DNA from: Deferribacterales bacterium | Lineage (GTDB): Bacteria; Chrysiogenota; Deferribacteres; Deferribacterales; Geovibrionaceae | DNA length: 64,000 nt | Assembly (NCBI GenBank): GCA_050251945.1 | Contig: JBFWLW010000003.1 | Location: 192,001 to 256,000, forward strand | Reading direction: 5' to 3' | In this document: positions 48,609 to 58,812 of the stretch, piece after piece | How positions within the stretch are numbered: the stretch's first letter is position 1 | How the letters are laid out: the number at the start of each line of letters is the position of its first letter | Program-made: the position numbers and the translations under genes | The notes under the pieces: generated by a model | What the model was told of the DNA's origin: nothing | The model's input: only the letters and a program-made list of their open reading frames with translations | Databases searched by the model: none

Positions 48609-50534
48609 ATGGCAACATCCAAAAAGGTCATCGGTATTGACCTCGGAACCACAAACTCATGCGTAAGCATTATGGAGGGCGGTCAGCCCAAAGTTATCGC
48701 TAACTCTGAAGGCGCGCTTACAACGCCTTCGGTTGTGGCTTTTACAGATTCTGACAGACTGGTCGGTATGCTGGCGAAAAGACAGGCGATAACCAACCCG
48801 GAAAACACAATATTCTCTATTAAACGTCTGATAGGACGTAAATCTGATGCCCCAGAAGTGGCAAAAGCAAAAAAAGTGCTTCCCTATCAGATAGTCGGTT
48901 CAGACAACAACGATGCATGGGTTGAAGTTAAAGGTAAAAAATACGCTCCTCAGGAAGTTTCAGCTATGATACTTCAGAAGCTGAAATCCACTGCGGAAGA
49001 TTATCTTGGCGAAACCGTCACAGATGCTGTAATCACAGTTCCCGCTTACTTCAACGACGCTCAGCGTCAGGCAACAAAAGATGCGGGCAAGATCGCAGGT
49101 CTTAACGTGCTTCGTATCATCAACGAACCCACAGCCGCAGCGCTTGCATACGGTCTGGACAAAAAGCACGACGAGAAAATCGCAGTGTACGACCTTGGCG
49201 GCGGTACGTTCGATATCTCCATCCTTGAACTGGGTGACGGCGTATTTGAAGTTAAGTCAACCAACGGCGATACTTTCCTCGGCGGTGACGACTTTGACAT
49301 GCGCGTAGTTGAGTGGCTTGTGGATGAGTTCAAAAAATCCAACGCTCTCGACCTTCGCAACGACAAAATGGCTCTTCAGCGTCTGAAAGAGGCCGCTGAA
49401 AAAGCTAAACACGAACTTTCAACAGCAGGCGAAACAGAGATAAACCTTCCGTTCATCACTGCTGATGCAACCGGTCCCAAACACCTTGTTGTTAAACTCT
49501 CCAGAGCAAAATTCGAGTCTCTGGTTATGGATCTGGTCGTAAACTCACTGGAGCCTTGCAAAAAAGCTCTTCAGGATGCAGGTCTTTCCGCAAGCCAGAT
49601 AGACGAAGTCATCCTTGTCGGCGGTATGACCCGTATGCCGCTGGTTCAGCAGAAAGTTAAAGAATTCTTCGGCAAAGAACCCCATAAAGGCATCAACCCC
49701 GATGAAGTTGTTGCAGTGGGTGCGGCAATTCAGGGTGCGGTTCTTTCAGGCGACGTAAAAGACGTTCTCCTGCTGGACGTTACTCCTCTGTCACTGGGTA
49801 TCGAAACTCTGGGCGGCGTTATGACAAAAATCATCCCCAGAAACACAACAATACCCGCACGCCAGAGCCAGACTTTCACGACCGCAGCAGACAGCCAGAC
49901 CTCTGTTACCATCAGCGTAATTCAGGGCGAACGTGAAATGGCAAACGACAACAAACATATCGGACGCTTCGACCTCGTTGGTATCCCTGCGGCTCCCCGC
50001 GGCGTTCCGCAGATCGAAGTTACATTCGATATAGATGCGAACGGTATCCTGCACGTTTCCGCCAAAGATCAGGGAACAGGCAAAGAACAATCCATCCGCA
50101 TCACTCCTTCAAGCGGTCTGTCCGATGACGAAATAAACAAAATGGTCAAGGATGCCGAACTCAACGCCGACGCGGACAAAAAGAAAAAAGAACTCGTTGA
50201 GGCAAGAAATCAGGCGGATACGCTTGTTTACTCAACTGAAAAATCACTGTCCGAACACGGCGACAAAGTCGATGGACAGACAAAAGAAGCCATCGAAAAA
50301 GCTCTTGCCGACCTGAAAGCAAAATCAGCAGGTGAAGACCCCGCAGCCATCAACGCGGCTATCGAAGAGCTTACAAAAGCTGCTCATAAACTTGCCGAAG
50401 AAATATACAAAGCGGCACAGGCACAGCAGCAGGAAGCACAGTCACCCGACGGCACAGAGCAGACACAGCAGGGTAAACCCGCTGACGACGTTGTTGACGC
50501 CGAGTTTGAAGAAGTTAAAGACGAAAAGAAATAA
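48609..50534 (+). CDS. dnaK: Chaperone DnaK
   Basis: [25 protein letters not shown] and DVVDAEFEE motifs. Confidence 0.98.
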   Translation: MATSKKVIGIDLGTTNSCVSIMEGGQPKVIANSEGALTTPSVVAFTDSDRLVGMLAKRQAITNPENTIFSIKRLIGRKSDAPEVAKAKKVLPYQIVGSDNNDAWVEVKGKKYAPQEVSAMILQKLKSTAEDYLGETVTDAVITVPAYFNDAQRQATKDAGKIAGLNVLRIINEPTAAALAYGLDKKHDEKIAVYDLGGGTFDISILELGDGVFEVKSTNGDTFLGGDDFDMRVVEWLVDEFKKSNALDLRNDKMALQRLKEAAEKAKHELSTAGETEINLPFITADATGPKHLVVKLSRAKFESLVMDLVVNSLEPCKKALQDAGLSASQIDEVILVGGMTRMPLVQQKVKEFFGKEPHKGINPDEVVAVGAAIQGAVLSGDVKDVLLLDVTPLSLGIETLGGVMTKIIPRNTTIPARQSQTFTTAADSQTSVTISVIQGEREMANDNKHIGRFDLVGIPAAPRGVPQIEVTFDIDANGILHVSAKDQGTGKEQSIRITPSSGLSDDEINKMVKDAELNADADKKKKELVEARNQADTLVYSTEKSLSEHGDKVDGQTKEAIEKALADLKAKSAGEDPAAINAAIEELTKAAHKLAEEIYKAAQAQQQEAQSPDGTEQTQQGKPADDVVDAEFEEVKDEKK

Positions 50535-50546
50535 TAATTTTCTATC

Positions 50547-50580
50547 AAAGGGGGCTGACGGACATCGGCTCCCTTTTTTT
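50547..50580 (+). terminator. Intrinsic terminator after dnaK
   Basis: AAGGGGGCTGA..TCGGCTCCCTT plus T-run. Confidence 0.65.
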
Positions 50581-50604
50581 GTTTTATTCTCTCTTTAAAG
50601 AGGT

Positions 50605-50706
50605 CAGGCAGTTGACAAACAGGTCAATTTATAATTAGACTGCCGCGTCAGCCTGCGGCTTCCTCGCAGAGACATTCATTCGTCTTTGAGAACGAAGTGA
50701 AGCAAA
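50605..50706. repeat. Degenerate MITE left end with a decayed REP pair
   Basis: CAGGCAGTTGACAAAC followed by ATTAGACTGCCGCG..CCTCGCAGAGAC. Confidence 0.55.
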
Positions 50707-50727
50707 CTGATTTTACGGAGCTTAACA

Positions 50728-51849
50728 TTGGCTAAAGATTACTATGAAACTCTGGGCGTTAATAAAAACGCCACAGAAACCGAACTGAAAAAAGCATACA
50801 GAAAACTCGCCATGCAGTATCACCCAGACAGAAATCAGGGCAACAAAGAGGCGGAAGAGAAATTCAGGGAAATTAACGAGGCATATTCCATTCTGTCAGA
50901 CGGCACAAAACGTGCGCAGTATGACCAGTACGGAAGGGTCTTTGACGATAAAAACGGCGGATTCGGCGGAGGCGGAGGATTCGGAAACGGAGATACCATC
51001 TTTGAAGAATTCTTCGGAGACGTTTTCGGCGATTTCTTCGGCACAGCCGGAAGCACCAGACGCAAACGCAGACCCCAGAAGGGCACAAATATACAGATGG
51101 GGCTTGAAATCTCCTTTGAAGAAGCGGCGTTCGGCTGCGAAAAGGAACTCAACGTACCCAAAACCGAAAACTGTTCGCGATGTGACGGAACGGGAGCCGA
51201 ACCGGGCGCTATGGAAACATGCCCCACATGTCACGGTTCCGGCACTATCCAGCGCAGGCAGGGTCTTTTCGCCATCAGCACCCCTTGCGGTACATGCGGC
51301 GGAACTGGACAGATAATCAAAGAACTCTGCAAAGAGTGCCGCGGTGAAGGCACAAAACGCGTCACAACCAAGCTGAGCGTCAAAGTTCCCGCAGGCATAG
51401 AGGACGGCATGACGATGCGTCTCTCAGGAAAGGGCAATTCAGGCAGCAACGGCGGTCCCGCAGGCGACCTTTTCATAGAGGTTTCGGTGTCCCCTCACAA
51501 GCTTTTCAAAAGAGACGGACGGGAAATATACATGGAACTCCCGATATCATTCGTTGACGCGATACTCGGCAAATCCATAGATATTCCGACACTGAACGGT
51601 GCAGAAAAAATAACCATCAAAGCCGGCTCACAGCCAGGTGACAAGATAGTTCTGAAAGGCAAGGGACTTCCCGACGTTCAGGGCATCGGCATCGGAAATA
51701 TGAACATTGAACTCAAAGTTCTGCTCCCCACACAGCTTACTAAGGAGCAGAAGGATCTTCTGGAACAGTTCGATCTTACGGTTACGGAAGAAACATATCA
51801 CTCCCAGAAAACCCTTTGGGACAGAATGAAAGAATTTTTTAAAGCGTAG
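50728..51849 (+). CDS. dnaJ: Chaperone DnaJ
   Basis: J domain HPD, G/F region and four CxxCxGxG repeats. Confidence 0.97.
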   Translation: MAKDYYETLGVNKNATETELKKAYRKLAMQYHPDRNQGNKEAEEKFREINEAYSILSDGTKRAQYDQYGRVFDDKNGGFGGGGGFGNGDTIFEEFFGDVFGDFFGTAGSTRRKRRPQKGTNIQMGLEISFEEAAFGCEKELNVPKTENCSRCDGTGAEPGAMETCPTCHGSGTIQRRQGLFAISTPCGTCGGTGQIIKELCKECRGEGTKRVTTKLSVKVPAGIEDGMTMRLSGKGNSGSNGGPAGDLFIEVSVSPHKLFKRDGREIYMELPISFVDAILGKSIDIPTLNGAEKITIKAGSQPGDKIVLKGKGLPDVQGIGIGNMNIELKVLLPTQLTKEQKDLLEQFDLTVTEETYHSQKTLWDRMKEFFKA

Positions 51850-51877
51850 AAAACAGCGGGCGGCTTTTATGCCGCGT

Positions 51878-52115
51878 CAGACTTATGATAAAGTCAGGAA
51901 AATGCAGGATCGCGTCGTCGCGTGCGCTTCTCGCGAAGACAAAACAACGTCTCTGCGAGGGTTTCAACCCGAAGCAGTCTAATTTCCATATTTCTCCCTC
52001 CTTTAGCAAAAGGAGGGTTGGGGTGGATTTGATTGATGTTTAATCAAAATCCCCCTTATTCCCCCTTTTCTAAAGGGGGAGATAGGAACGTAAAATCCAG
52101 TTTGTCAACAACCTG
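51878..52115 (-). mobile_element. MITE, long variant in inverted orientation, with duplicated terminator flanks
   Basis: Ends CAGACTTATGATAAAG / TTTGTCAACAACCTG. GGGCGGCTTTTATGCCGC at 51858-51875 and 52117-52134. Confidence 0.87.
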
Positions 52116-52125
52116 AGGGCGGCTT

Positions 52126-52623
52126 TTATGCCGCCTTTTTTAATGCCTTCATGGCAGGGCATTTATTATCCACAAAGCTGACCAGAAGCGCCGCACAGAT
52201 ACCCAGCGAAACTTCCACGAACCTGTCGAACCCGATACGCCATGCAACCTCGCTGTGGTGCATCAGCAGGATGATTGCAAAAGTCACGCCGCCGAGCCTG
52301 TATGCGCTCACTGTCAGTTTCATCGCGTAGCAGATCATCCCCATTATGAATATCCCAAGACCGAAATTCAGAGTGTTCACTTCCGGAAAGACGTAGTTGA
52401 AGGCGCCGGCGAAAAGCGCGCCCGTTACCGTTCCGATAAGTCTTTGTTTGGAAGTGTCCCATGACTGACCAAGTGTAGACTGCATCACGATTATAGCTGA
52501 TATTGGCGCCCAGTAATATTCTGCAAGACCCAGCAGTTTTGCCGACGAAAGCGACAGCATCGCAGCAGCCGCAGTCCAGAAGGAGTGTCTCACCCACATG
52601 TTATTCAATAAATTCCTAAGCAT
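52126..52623 (-). CDS. FUSC/aromatic acid exporter-like membrane protein
   Basis: YWAPISAIIVMQ, QRLIGTVTGA and RFVEVSLG motifs. Confidence 0.82.
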   Translation of the reverse strand: MLRNLLNNMWVRHSFWTAAAAMLSLSSAKLLGLAEYYWAPISAIIVMQSTLGQSWDTSKQRLIGTVTGALFAGAFNYVFPEVNTLNFGLGIFIMGMICYAMKLTVSAYRLGGVTFAIILLMHHSEVAWRIGFDRFVEVSLGICAALLVSFVDNKCPAMKALKKAA

Positions 52624-52761
52624 TGTCTGTCACCTTTTATGTAATAATAATCATAACCTATACAAAAAATTATTCAATGACCGATGCTTTTTAAGTTTTA
52701 TCTGGATTAATTCATGCAAATTACCTATATATGAAGCTGTATGTAAAAGGAGAGCGGTATT

Positions 52762-54147
52762 ATGTCTGAAAAGATGTGGTCAGGGCGCTTTACACTGCCC
52801 ACCGACAAGTTTGTGGAAGAATTCAACGCATCAATCCACTTTGACAAAAGATTTTATAAATACGATATCAAAGGAAGCCTTGCCCACGCGCGTATGCTGG
52901 GCAGACAGGCCATCATCTCCGAAGCCGACGTTAAGGACATCGAAAGGGGACTGGCGCAGGTTCTGGACGAAATAGAAACAGGCAGGTTTCAATTCCGCAC
53001 GGAAGATGAAGATATCCACATGGCTGTGGAAAAACGTCTCACCGAGATAATCGGTGACGCGGGCAAACGGCTGCACACGGGAAGAAGCAGAAACGATCAG
53101 GTGGCTGTTGACTTCCGAATGTATCTGAAAGCGGAGATTGAAGAGACCATGGCGCTGGTGAAGCACCTGCTTGGCACCATTATAGCCAAGGCAGAGAAAA
53201 ACATTGATGTTTACATGCCCGGATTCACCCACCTTCAGACGGCACAGCCAATACTTTTCTCACAGTACATAATGGCTTATTTCCAAATGCTTAAAAGAGA
53301 CTACGGCAGGTTTGCAGACTGTCTGGAACGTATGGACTACAGCCCTTTGGGTTCCGGCGCTCTGGCAGGGACAACTTTTCCCATAGACAGACATTTCACA
53401 GCGAACGAACTGGGCTTTAAGGCGCCCACAGAAAACACTCTGGATTCAGTCAGTGACAGGGATTTCGCAATCGAATTTCTCTCCGCCTGCGCGATATGCC
53501 AGATGCACCTTTCCAGATTCTCCGAGGAACTGATAATTTATTCCACATCTGAATTCGCTTTTATAGAGCTTTCTGACGACTTCTGCACCGGTTCCAGCAT
53601 CATGCCGCAGAAGAAGAATCCAGACATGCCGGAGCTTATCCGCGGTAAAACAGGAAGAGTTTACGGAAGTCTGATAAGCATGCTTACAACCATGAAAGGT
53701 CTGCCCCTTGCATATAACAAGGACATGCAGGAGGACAAGGAGCCTGTTTTCGACGCTGTGGACACCATAAAAGCATCGCTTAAGATATTCGCACCCATGG
53801 TGGAAAAGATGAAACTGCGCACTCCGAAAATGGAACAGGCGGCAACAGCCGGATATTCCACCGCCACAGACTATGCAGACTACCTTGTGCGCAAAGGCGT
53901 GCCGTTCAGGCAGTCTCACCACATCGTCGGCTCAACTGTGGCATACGCCATACAGAAGGGCGTGGACATAAGCGAACTGACACTTGACGAGTTCAAAAAG
54001 TTTTCGGATGTGATAGAATCAGATATCTATGACGCTATCACCCTGCAGGCGTCAGTTAACGCAAGAAAAGCATATGGCGGCACTGCAAAAACCGCTGTTG
54101 AAACACAGATAAATAACGGGAAAAACTTTTTAAATGAAATACGCTAG
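52762..54147 (+). CDS. argH: Argininosuccinate lyase
   Basis: [26 protein letters not shown] and YNKDMQEDK motifs. Confidence 0.97.
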   Translation: MSEKMWSGRFTLPTDKFVEEFNASIHFDKRFYKYDIKGSLAHARMLGRQAIISEADVKDIERGLAQVLDEIETGRFQFRTEDEDIHMAVEKRLTEIIGDAGKRLHTGRSRNDQVAVDFRMYLKAEIEETMALVKHLLGTIIAKAEKNIDVYMPGFTHLQTAQPILFSQYIMAYFQMLKRDYGRFADCLERMDYSPLGSGALAGTTFPIDRHFTANELGFKAPTENTLDSVSDRDFAIEFLSACAICQMHLSRFSEELIIYSTSEFAFIELSDDFCTGSSIMPQKKNPDMPELIRGKTGRVYGSLISMLTTMKGLPLAYNKDMQEDKEPVFDAVDTIKASLKIFAPMVEKMKLRTPKMEQAATAGYSTATDYADYLVRKGVPFRQSHHIVGSTVAYAIQKGVDISELTLDEFKKFSDVIESDIYDAITLQASVNARKAYGGTAKTAVETQINNGKNFLNEIR

Positions 54148-55009
54148 TCTTATTTTAGCTCTTTTTCTGATACTCGCCGGATGCGGAAAGAAAACCAATC
54201 CGGTTCCGAAATCCGCTCTTGCAGACATGACGCCGCCTACGGCTGTATTTGTTTCCGTTGATGATGCGGGTATCCGTATCGACAATCAGGAATCCGATCA
54301 GCTCTTTATCGAAAAAGGCGTTTCAGCGGACGACGAATGTTCTGTTTTCAACTTTTTAAAAGTGATAGATCCGAAATCAGTCTTCATAGACGAAGACGTT
54401 CAGTCCGGATTTAAATACTTTTACAGGCTGCGCAAAAGGTCTGTAAAATACGGCGTACTCTCAGAACCTTACATGGCGAAAGTAGTCTATGCGAAACCTA
54501 TGAAGGTTCAGAGCGCAAAATATACGAAAGAGGGCGGGATTTACCGCGTCTCCATTGAGACCGATGACAAATTCACCCGTTTCGACGTTTATTCCGGCGG
54601 AAAGACCATCGCGCAGACCGGCGGGAAAACGATAACTTTTCCGGAATCTTCTGTCGTTGATAATAAATTCTATCTGATACTGTCCGACTACGACGGTAAC
54701 AGAGGAACACCGTACACAATTGAGATACCTGTGCAGAAGGTGCTTAATCCGCCTCTGCCCGTTACAACTATTTCCGTGCTGAACATCGGAGCCGACACTC
54801 GCATCGTCTGGAGCGATTCCGAAGGCGCGGAAACATATAATGTTAAAGCGTGTGAAAATGTTTCATGTGAAACGTTTTCCACACAAAACACATCCGTGGC
54901 ATACCAAAAGACGATCAAAAGCTGTCTGGACATAACAGTTACCGCCGTGAATGCAGACGGCGAGTCCGCACCGACAAAGATACGCTACTGCAAACCGGAA
55001 GAGGAATAA
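54134..55009 (+). CDS. Lipoprotein with Fn3-like beta domains
   Basis: Lipobox LAGC followed by GKKTNPVP. C-terminal [10 protein letters not shown] is Fn3-like. Confidence 0.75.
   Translation: MKYASLILALFLILAGCGKKTNPVPKSALADMTPPTAVFVSVDDAGIRIDNQESDQLFIEKGVSADDECSVFNFLKVIDPKSVFIDEDVQSGFKYFYRLRKRSVKYGVLSEPYMAKVVYAKPMKVQSAKYTKEGGIYRVSIETDDKFTRFDVYSGGKTIAQTGGKTITFPESSVVDNKFYLILSDYDGNRGTPYTIEIPVQKVLNPPLPVTTISVLNIGADTRIVWSDSEGAETYNVKACENVSCETFSTQNTSVAYQKTIKSCLDITVTAVNADGESAPTKIRYCKPEEE
54859..54874. promoter_or_regulatory. Candidate parS site
   Basis: TGTTTCATGTGAAACG, 14/16 match to TGTTTCACGTGAAACA. Confidence 0.45.
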
Positions 55010-56349
55010 TGTTTACCATAGGAATCATAGGACGCCCGAACGTGGGCAAATCCACACTGTTTAACAGACTGGCGGGAAAAAAAATTGCAATCGTTGACGA
55101 TATGCCCGGCGTTACCCGCGACAGAATAGAATTCGTTGCAGAATGGGACGGATACAGGTTCACCATAGTGGACACAGCCGGATTTGACCTTAAAGAAGAA
55201 TTGCTTAAAAAAGAAATGCAGGCTCAGTTCATGATCAACCTGAGCGAAGCCGACTACTTTATCCTTATGACAGACGGCGTTGAAGGAGTACATCCCCTTG
55301 ACGAAATAGTCATCGACCTGCTCCGCCAGACAGGCAAACCATATCAGGTTGTTGTCAACAAAGTAGACAGCGATGCAAAAGAAATTCTCACATACGACTT
55401 TTTCCGTCTCGGCGTGGACGAGATAATCGGTATCAGCGCCACTCACGGGCGGAATGTTGATGTGCTGCTTGATAAAATAGTTGAGCAGATACCTGAAGAC
55501 CATGACAAAACAGACCCCTACGAAGGCAGAATAAAGCTTATCGTGACAGGAAGACCTAACGTCGGCAAATCCAGCATGATCAACAAGTGGCTGGGACAGA
55601 ACAGACTTATCGTCACCCCCGTCCCCGGCACAACAAGGGACGCTGTTGACACCTTCTTTGAATATAATGATCAGAAATACGTCCTCATCGACACGGCGGG
55701 GATCCGTAAAAAGAAGATAATGTTCAAGGACAAGATAGAGAAATACGGCTATCACCGCTGGGAAGATGCCGTTGAGCGCGCGGATATCGCCGTGTGTATC
55801 ATAGACGCAAACGAAGGACTGACTGACAGAGACGTTAAGGTAATAGCGGACAACTGGGAAGCGGGTAGACCCGTTATCCTTGTTGCGAACAAATGGGATC
55901 TTATAGAAAGCAAGGACGAACGTGCCAAGGAATTCCTTAAGGATATTGACCATCACCTTCAGTTTCTGAATAAACCTTCGCTGATTTACACTTCAACTCT
56001 GACAAGTAAGAACATCTTTAAGGTGTTCGACGCTGCGAAAGAGCTTTATAAGGAATACAGCAAACGTATCTCCACCCACAAGCTTCAGGAGGTATTGCAG
56101 GAAGCCGTACAGCGCCACCAGCCGCCTGTGACACGCAACAGAAGGGTGAAGTTCTACTTCATCACTCAGGTTTCCACCTGTCCTCCGGAATTCGTGGTAT
56201 TCGTTAACTATCCTGACGCGGTGCATTTCTCTTACCAGCGATTCATAGTGAATATCATCCGCGCACACCACAGCTTTGACGGTGTACCTATCAAGATACA
56301 CTTCCGCCAGCGCGGCGAATCCAAAAACACTCCAATACCTGAATATTAG
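55009..56349 (+). CDS. der: Ribosome biogenesis GTPase Der/EngA
   Basis: Two G domains (GRPNVGKS, DTAG, NKxD) and a KH-like C-terminus. Confidence 0.96.
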   Translation: MFTIGIIGRPNVGKSTLFNRLAGKKIAIVDDMPGVTRDRIEFVAEWDGYRFTIVDTAGFDLKEELLKKEMQAQFMINLSEADYFILMTDGVEGVHPLDEIVIDLLRQTGKPYQVVVNKVDSDAKEILTYDFFRLGVDEIIGISATHGRNVDVLLDKIVEQIPEDHDKTDPYEGRIKLIVTGRPNVGKSSMINKWLGQNRLIVTPVPGTTRDAVDTFFEYNDQKYVLIDTAGIRKKKIMFKDKIEKYGYHRWEDAVERADIAVCIIDANEGLTDRDVKVIADNWEAGRPVILVANKWDLIESKDERAKEFLKDIDHHLQFLNKPSLIYTSTLTSKNIFKVFDAAKELYKEYSKRISTHKLQEVLQEAVQRHQPPVTRNRRVKFYFITQVSTCPPEFVVFVNYPDAVHFSYQRFIVNIIRAHHSFDGVPIKIHFRQRGESKNTPIPEY

Positions 56350-56373
56350 TAAAAGGACAGCTTCGGCTGCCAT

Positions 56374-56610
56374 CAGGTTGTTGACAAACTGGATTTTACG
56401 GTCCTATCTCCCCCTTTAGAAAAGGGGGAATAAGGAGGATTTTGATTAAACATCAATCAAATCCACCCCAACCCTCCTTTTGCTAAAGAGGGAGAAATAT
56501 GGAAATTAGACTGCTTCGGGTTAAAACCCTCGCAGAAACTTTTTTTTGTCTTCGCGAGGAACACATGCGACGACGCGATCCAGCATTTTCCTGACTTTGT
56601 CATCAGTCTG
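56374..56610 (+). mobile_element. MITE, long variant with duplicated terminator flanks
   Basis: CAGGTTGTTGACAAA / TTTGTCATCAGTCTG. GGRCAGCTTCGGCTGCC at 56355-56371 and 56611-56627. Confidence 0.87.
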
Positions 56611-56839
56611 GGGCAGCTTCGGCTGCCTTTTATTTTTACTCATTATTTCAATTCTGTCGTCTGAAAATAATATTCAGCCATGAGCAAATGCTGATTTTTC
56701 ACTGAGAAAAGCCACATTTTGCAGATTATTCTGGAAATATTGCGCCAGTTGTAATATAAGTCAAAACCTATACCCTCGTTTTTGCGTCGCAACAAAAAAG
56801 AGGCAGGCGTAAGCCAAATACTTATTTAGAAGGTGTTAT

Positions 56840-58150
56840 ATGCGTTATGACCTGGCCAAAAGCGGAAACGGCCTGACCTATGAGATCCGCAATATTGTCA
56901 ATGTTGCTAAGATCCTTGAGCAGCACGGCGTCGAAATCTGTTACGAGAATATCGGCGACCCGGTTGCAAAAGGCGAGATCATCCCCGACTGGATGAAAGA
57001 TACCATCGCTGATCTTGTCAGAAACAACAACATGACCTTTGCCTACTGCCCCACAAAAGGCGATTACGACGTCCGCGAATTTCTCGCGGAACGCACAAAC
57101 GCCAGAGGCGGAGTGCAGATTACAAAAGACGACATCATTTTTTTCAACGGACTTGGCGACGCAATAGCACGAGCGTATAGCTCAATCAGAGTGGATGCAA
57201 GGGTGATGCTGCCTGAGCCGACCTACTCAACACACCTTCTGGCGGAAGTTCTCCACGCATCATTTCCGCCCAACACGTACAGAATGAACCCTTATAACAA
57301 CTGGGCTCCCGATCTCAACGAGCTTGAGAAAAAAGTGGAAAGCCACAAATCTATAGTGGGTATTCTGGTCATAAACCCCGACAACCCCACAGGGTATGTC
57401 CACACTGAGGACGACCTGCGCAGGATCGTCAATATGGCAAAAGAACACGACCTGATGCTTATCTTTGACGAAATATACCTTAACATGGTCTATAACGGTA
57501 AGAAGACCATAGCCCTTTCCGACATAATCGGAGACGTTCCGGGCATCGCCATGAAGGGAATATCAAAAGAGTTCCCCTGGCCGGGCGCACGCTGCGGCTG
57601 GATGGAAATTTACAATGCAGACAAGGACGAAGCCTTCAAACGCTTCACAAACGCTATACTGAACCAGAAAATGGCTGAGGTCTGCTCAACGACTCTGCCC
57701 CAGATGTCCATTCCCCACATAATGACACATCCGATGTACACAACGTATCTGAACGAAAGGCTCAAACACTATGAAAAGCTGTCCAACATCGCATACAACA
57801 TGCTGAAAGACTGCCCATATGTGGTCGTTAACCGCTCAAACGGCGCTTTCTACATGTCTGTTGTGTTTAATGAAGCTGTTCTGAACAAAAACCAGAAGCT
57901 GAACATCGAAATTAAAGAGGTGCGCGACATCGTTGATAAGATGTGCGAGGACAAAATGAGCCACGACAAGCGCTTCGTATATTATCTGCTTGGTGCAACA
58001 GGCATTTGTGTGGTTCCGCTTACTTCGTTCTTTACATCTATCCCCGGATTCCGTATGACTCTGCTTGAAAAGAACGTTGAAAAATTTGAGCAAACCGTAA
58101 CCACCATCAAAGAAAAAATAGCGGAATACGTCGAATCAGGAAGCTGTTAA
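56840..58150 (+). CDS. PLP-dependent class I/II aminotransferase (AlaA-like)
   Basis: LTYEIR, ENIGDP, NPDNPTG, DEIY and GISKEFPWPGARCGW motifs. Confidence 0.88.
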   Translation: MRYDLAKSGNGLTYEIRNIVNVAKILEQHGVEICYENIGDPVAKGEIIPDWMKDTIADLVRNNNMTFAYCPTKGDYDVREFLAERTNARGGVQITKDDIIFFNGLGDAIARAYSSIRVDARVMLPEPTYSTHLLAEVLHASFPPNTYRMNPYNNWAPDLNELEKKVESHKSIVGILVINPDNPTGYVHTEDDLRRIVNMAKEHDLMLIFDEIYLNMVYNGKKTIALSDIIGDVPGIAMKGISKEFPWPGARCGWMEIYNADKDEAFKRFTNAILNQKMAEVCSTTLPQMSIPHIMTHPMYTTYLNERLKHYEKLSNIAYNMLKDCPYVVVNRSNGAFYMSVVFNEAVLNKNQKLNIEIKEVRDIVDKMCEDKMSHDKRFVYYLLGATGICVVPLTSFFTSIPGFRMTLLEKNVEKFEQTVTTIKEKIAEYVESGSC

Positions 58151-58177
58151 ACAATTAAGGGAGCCTTTCGGCTCCCT

Positions 58178-58318
58178 CAGGTTGTTGACAAACTAAATTT
58201 ACACAGACTCGCATTAGACTGCTTCGGGTTAAAAACCCTCGCAGAGACGTTTTTTTGTCTTCGCGAGGAACGCATGCGACGACGCGATCTCGCATTTTAC
58301 TGGCTTTTCATCAGTTTA
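58178..58318 (+). mobile_element. MITE, short variant with a 20-bp duplicated terminator
   Basis: CAGGTTGTTGACAAA start. AGGGAGCCTTTCGGCTCCCT on the left (58158-58177) and on the right, where it is split by IS3. Confidence 0.87.
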
Positions 58319-58425
58319 AGGGAGCCTTTCTGAACTGTCCCCCAAAAATTGGACACAAATAAAAAGAGCCCTTTAGCGCAAGCTAAGGGGCTTTTTTCGT
58401 GTAAACTAATTTAAAGGAGCAGCCA

Positions 58426-58812
58426 ATGAGACAAAGAGAATTTACACCAGACGAACGTCAGTCTTTGGAAAGTAACCCGAATGTACTCAAGGTAGGCAAC
58501 AGCAACATCACCTACACAGCAGATTTCCGTCAACATGCCTTAAATTGTTATTATGACGGAGAACCACCCAGAAAAATCTTCAAACAGGCAGGGATAGATA
58601 TATCCATCTTCCCCGAAGGTTACCCTGAATCCACCATAAGCCGATGGCACAACGCCGAGAAGAAACCACATAAAAGCTCTCGTAAATCAGGTAGTGGACG
58701 CCCCAAGAAGACCAGTAACATGACTACAGAGGAGATGGAGGCAAGAATAGCCTATCTTGAAGCGGAGAACGATTTCCTAAAAAAGCTACGTGCCTTGGAG
58801 AGAGGCGAATAA
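58426..58812 (+). CDS. IS3 transposase OrfA
   Basis: HTH-like region, GRPK and coiled coil LEAENDFLKKL. Confidence 0.9.
   Translation: MRQREFTPDERQSLESNPNVLKVGNSNITYTADFRQHALNCYYDGEPPRKIFKQAGIDISIFPEGYPESTISRWHNAEKKPHKSSRKSGSGRPKKTSNMTTEEMEARIAYLEAENDFLKKLRALERGE

Noticed and set aside
52166..52174. Perfect DnaA box TTATCCACA suggesting oriC
   Set aside because: A single intragenic copy with no cluster and no dnaA/gidA context.
52640..52720. Fur-box-like (14/19) and ARG-box-like motifs between FUSC and argH
   Set aside because: AT-rich region with weak matches and wrong half-site spacing for an ARG box.
54985..55956. 323-aa antisense ORF
   Set aside because: Shadow of der.
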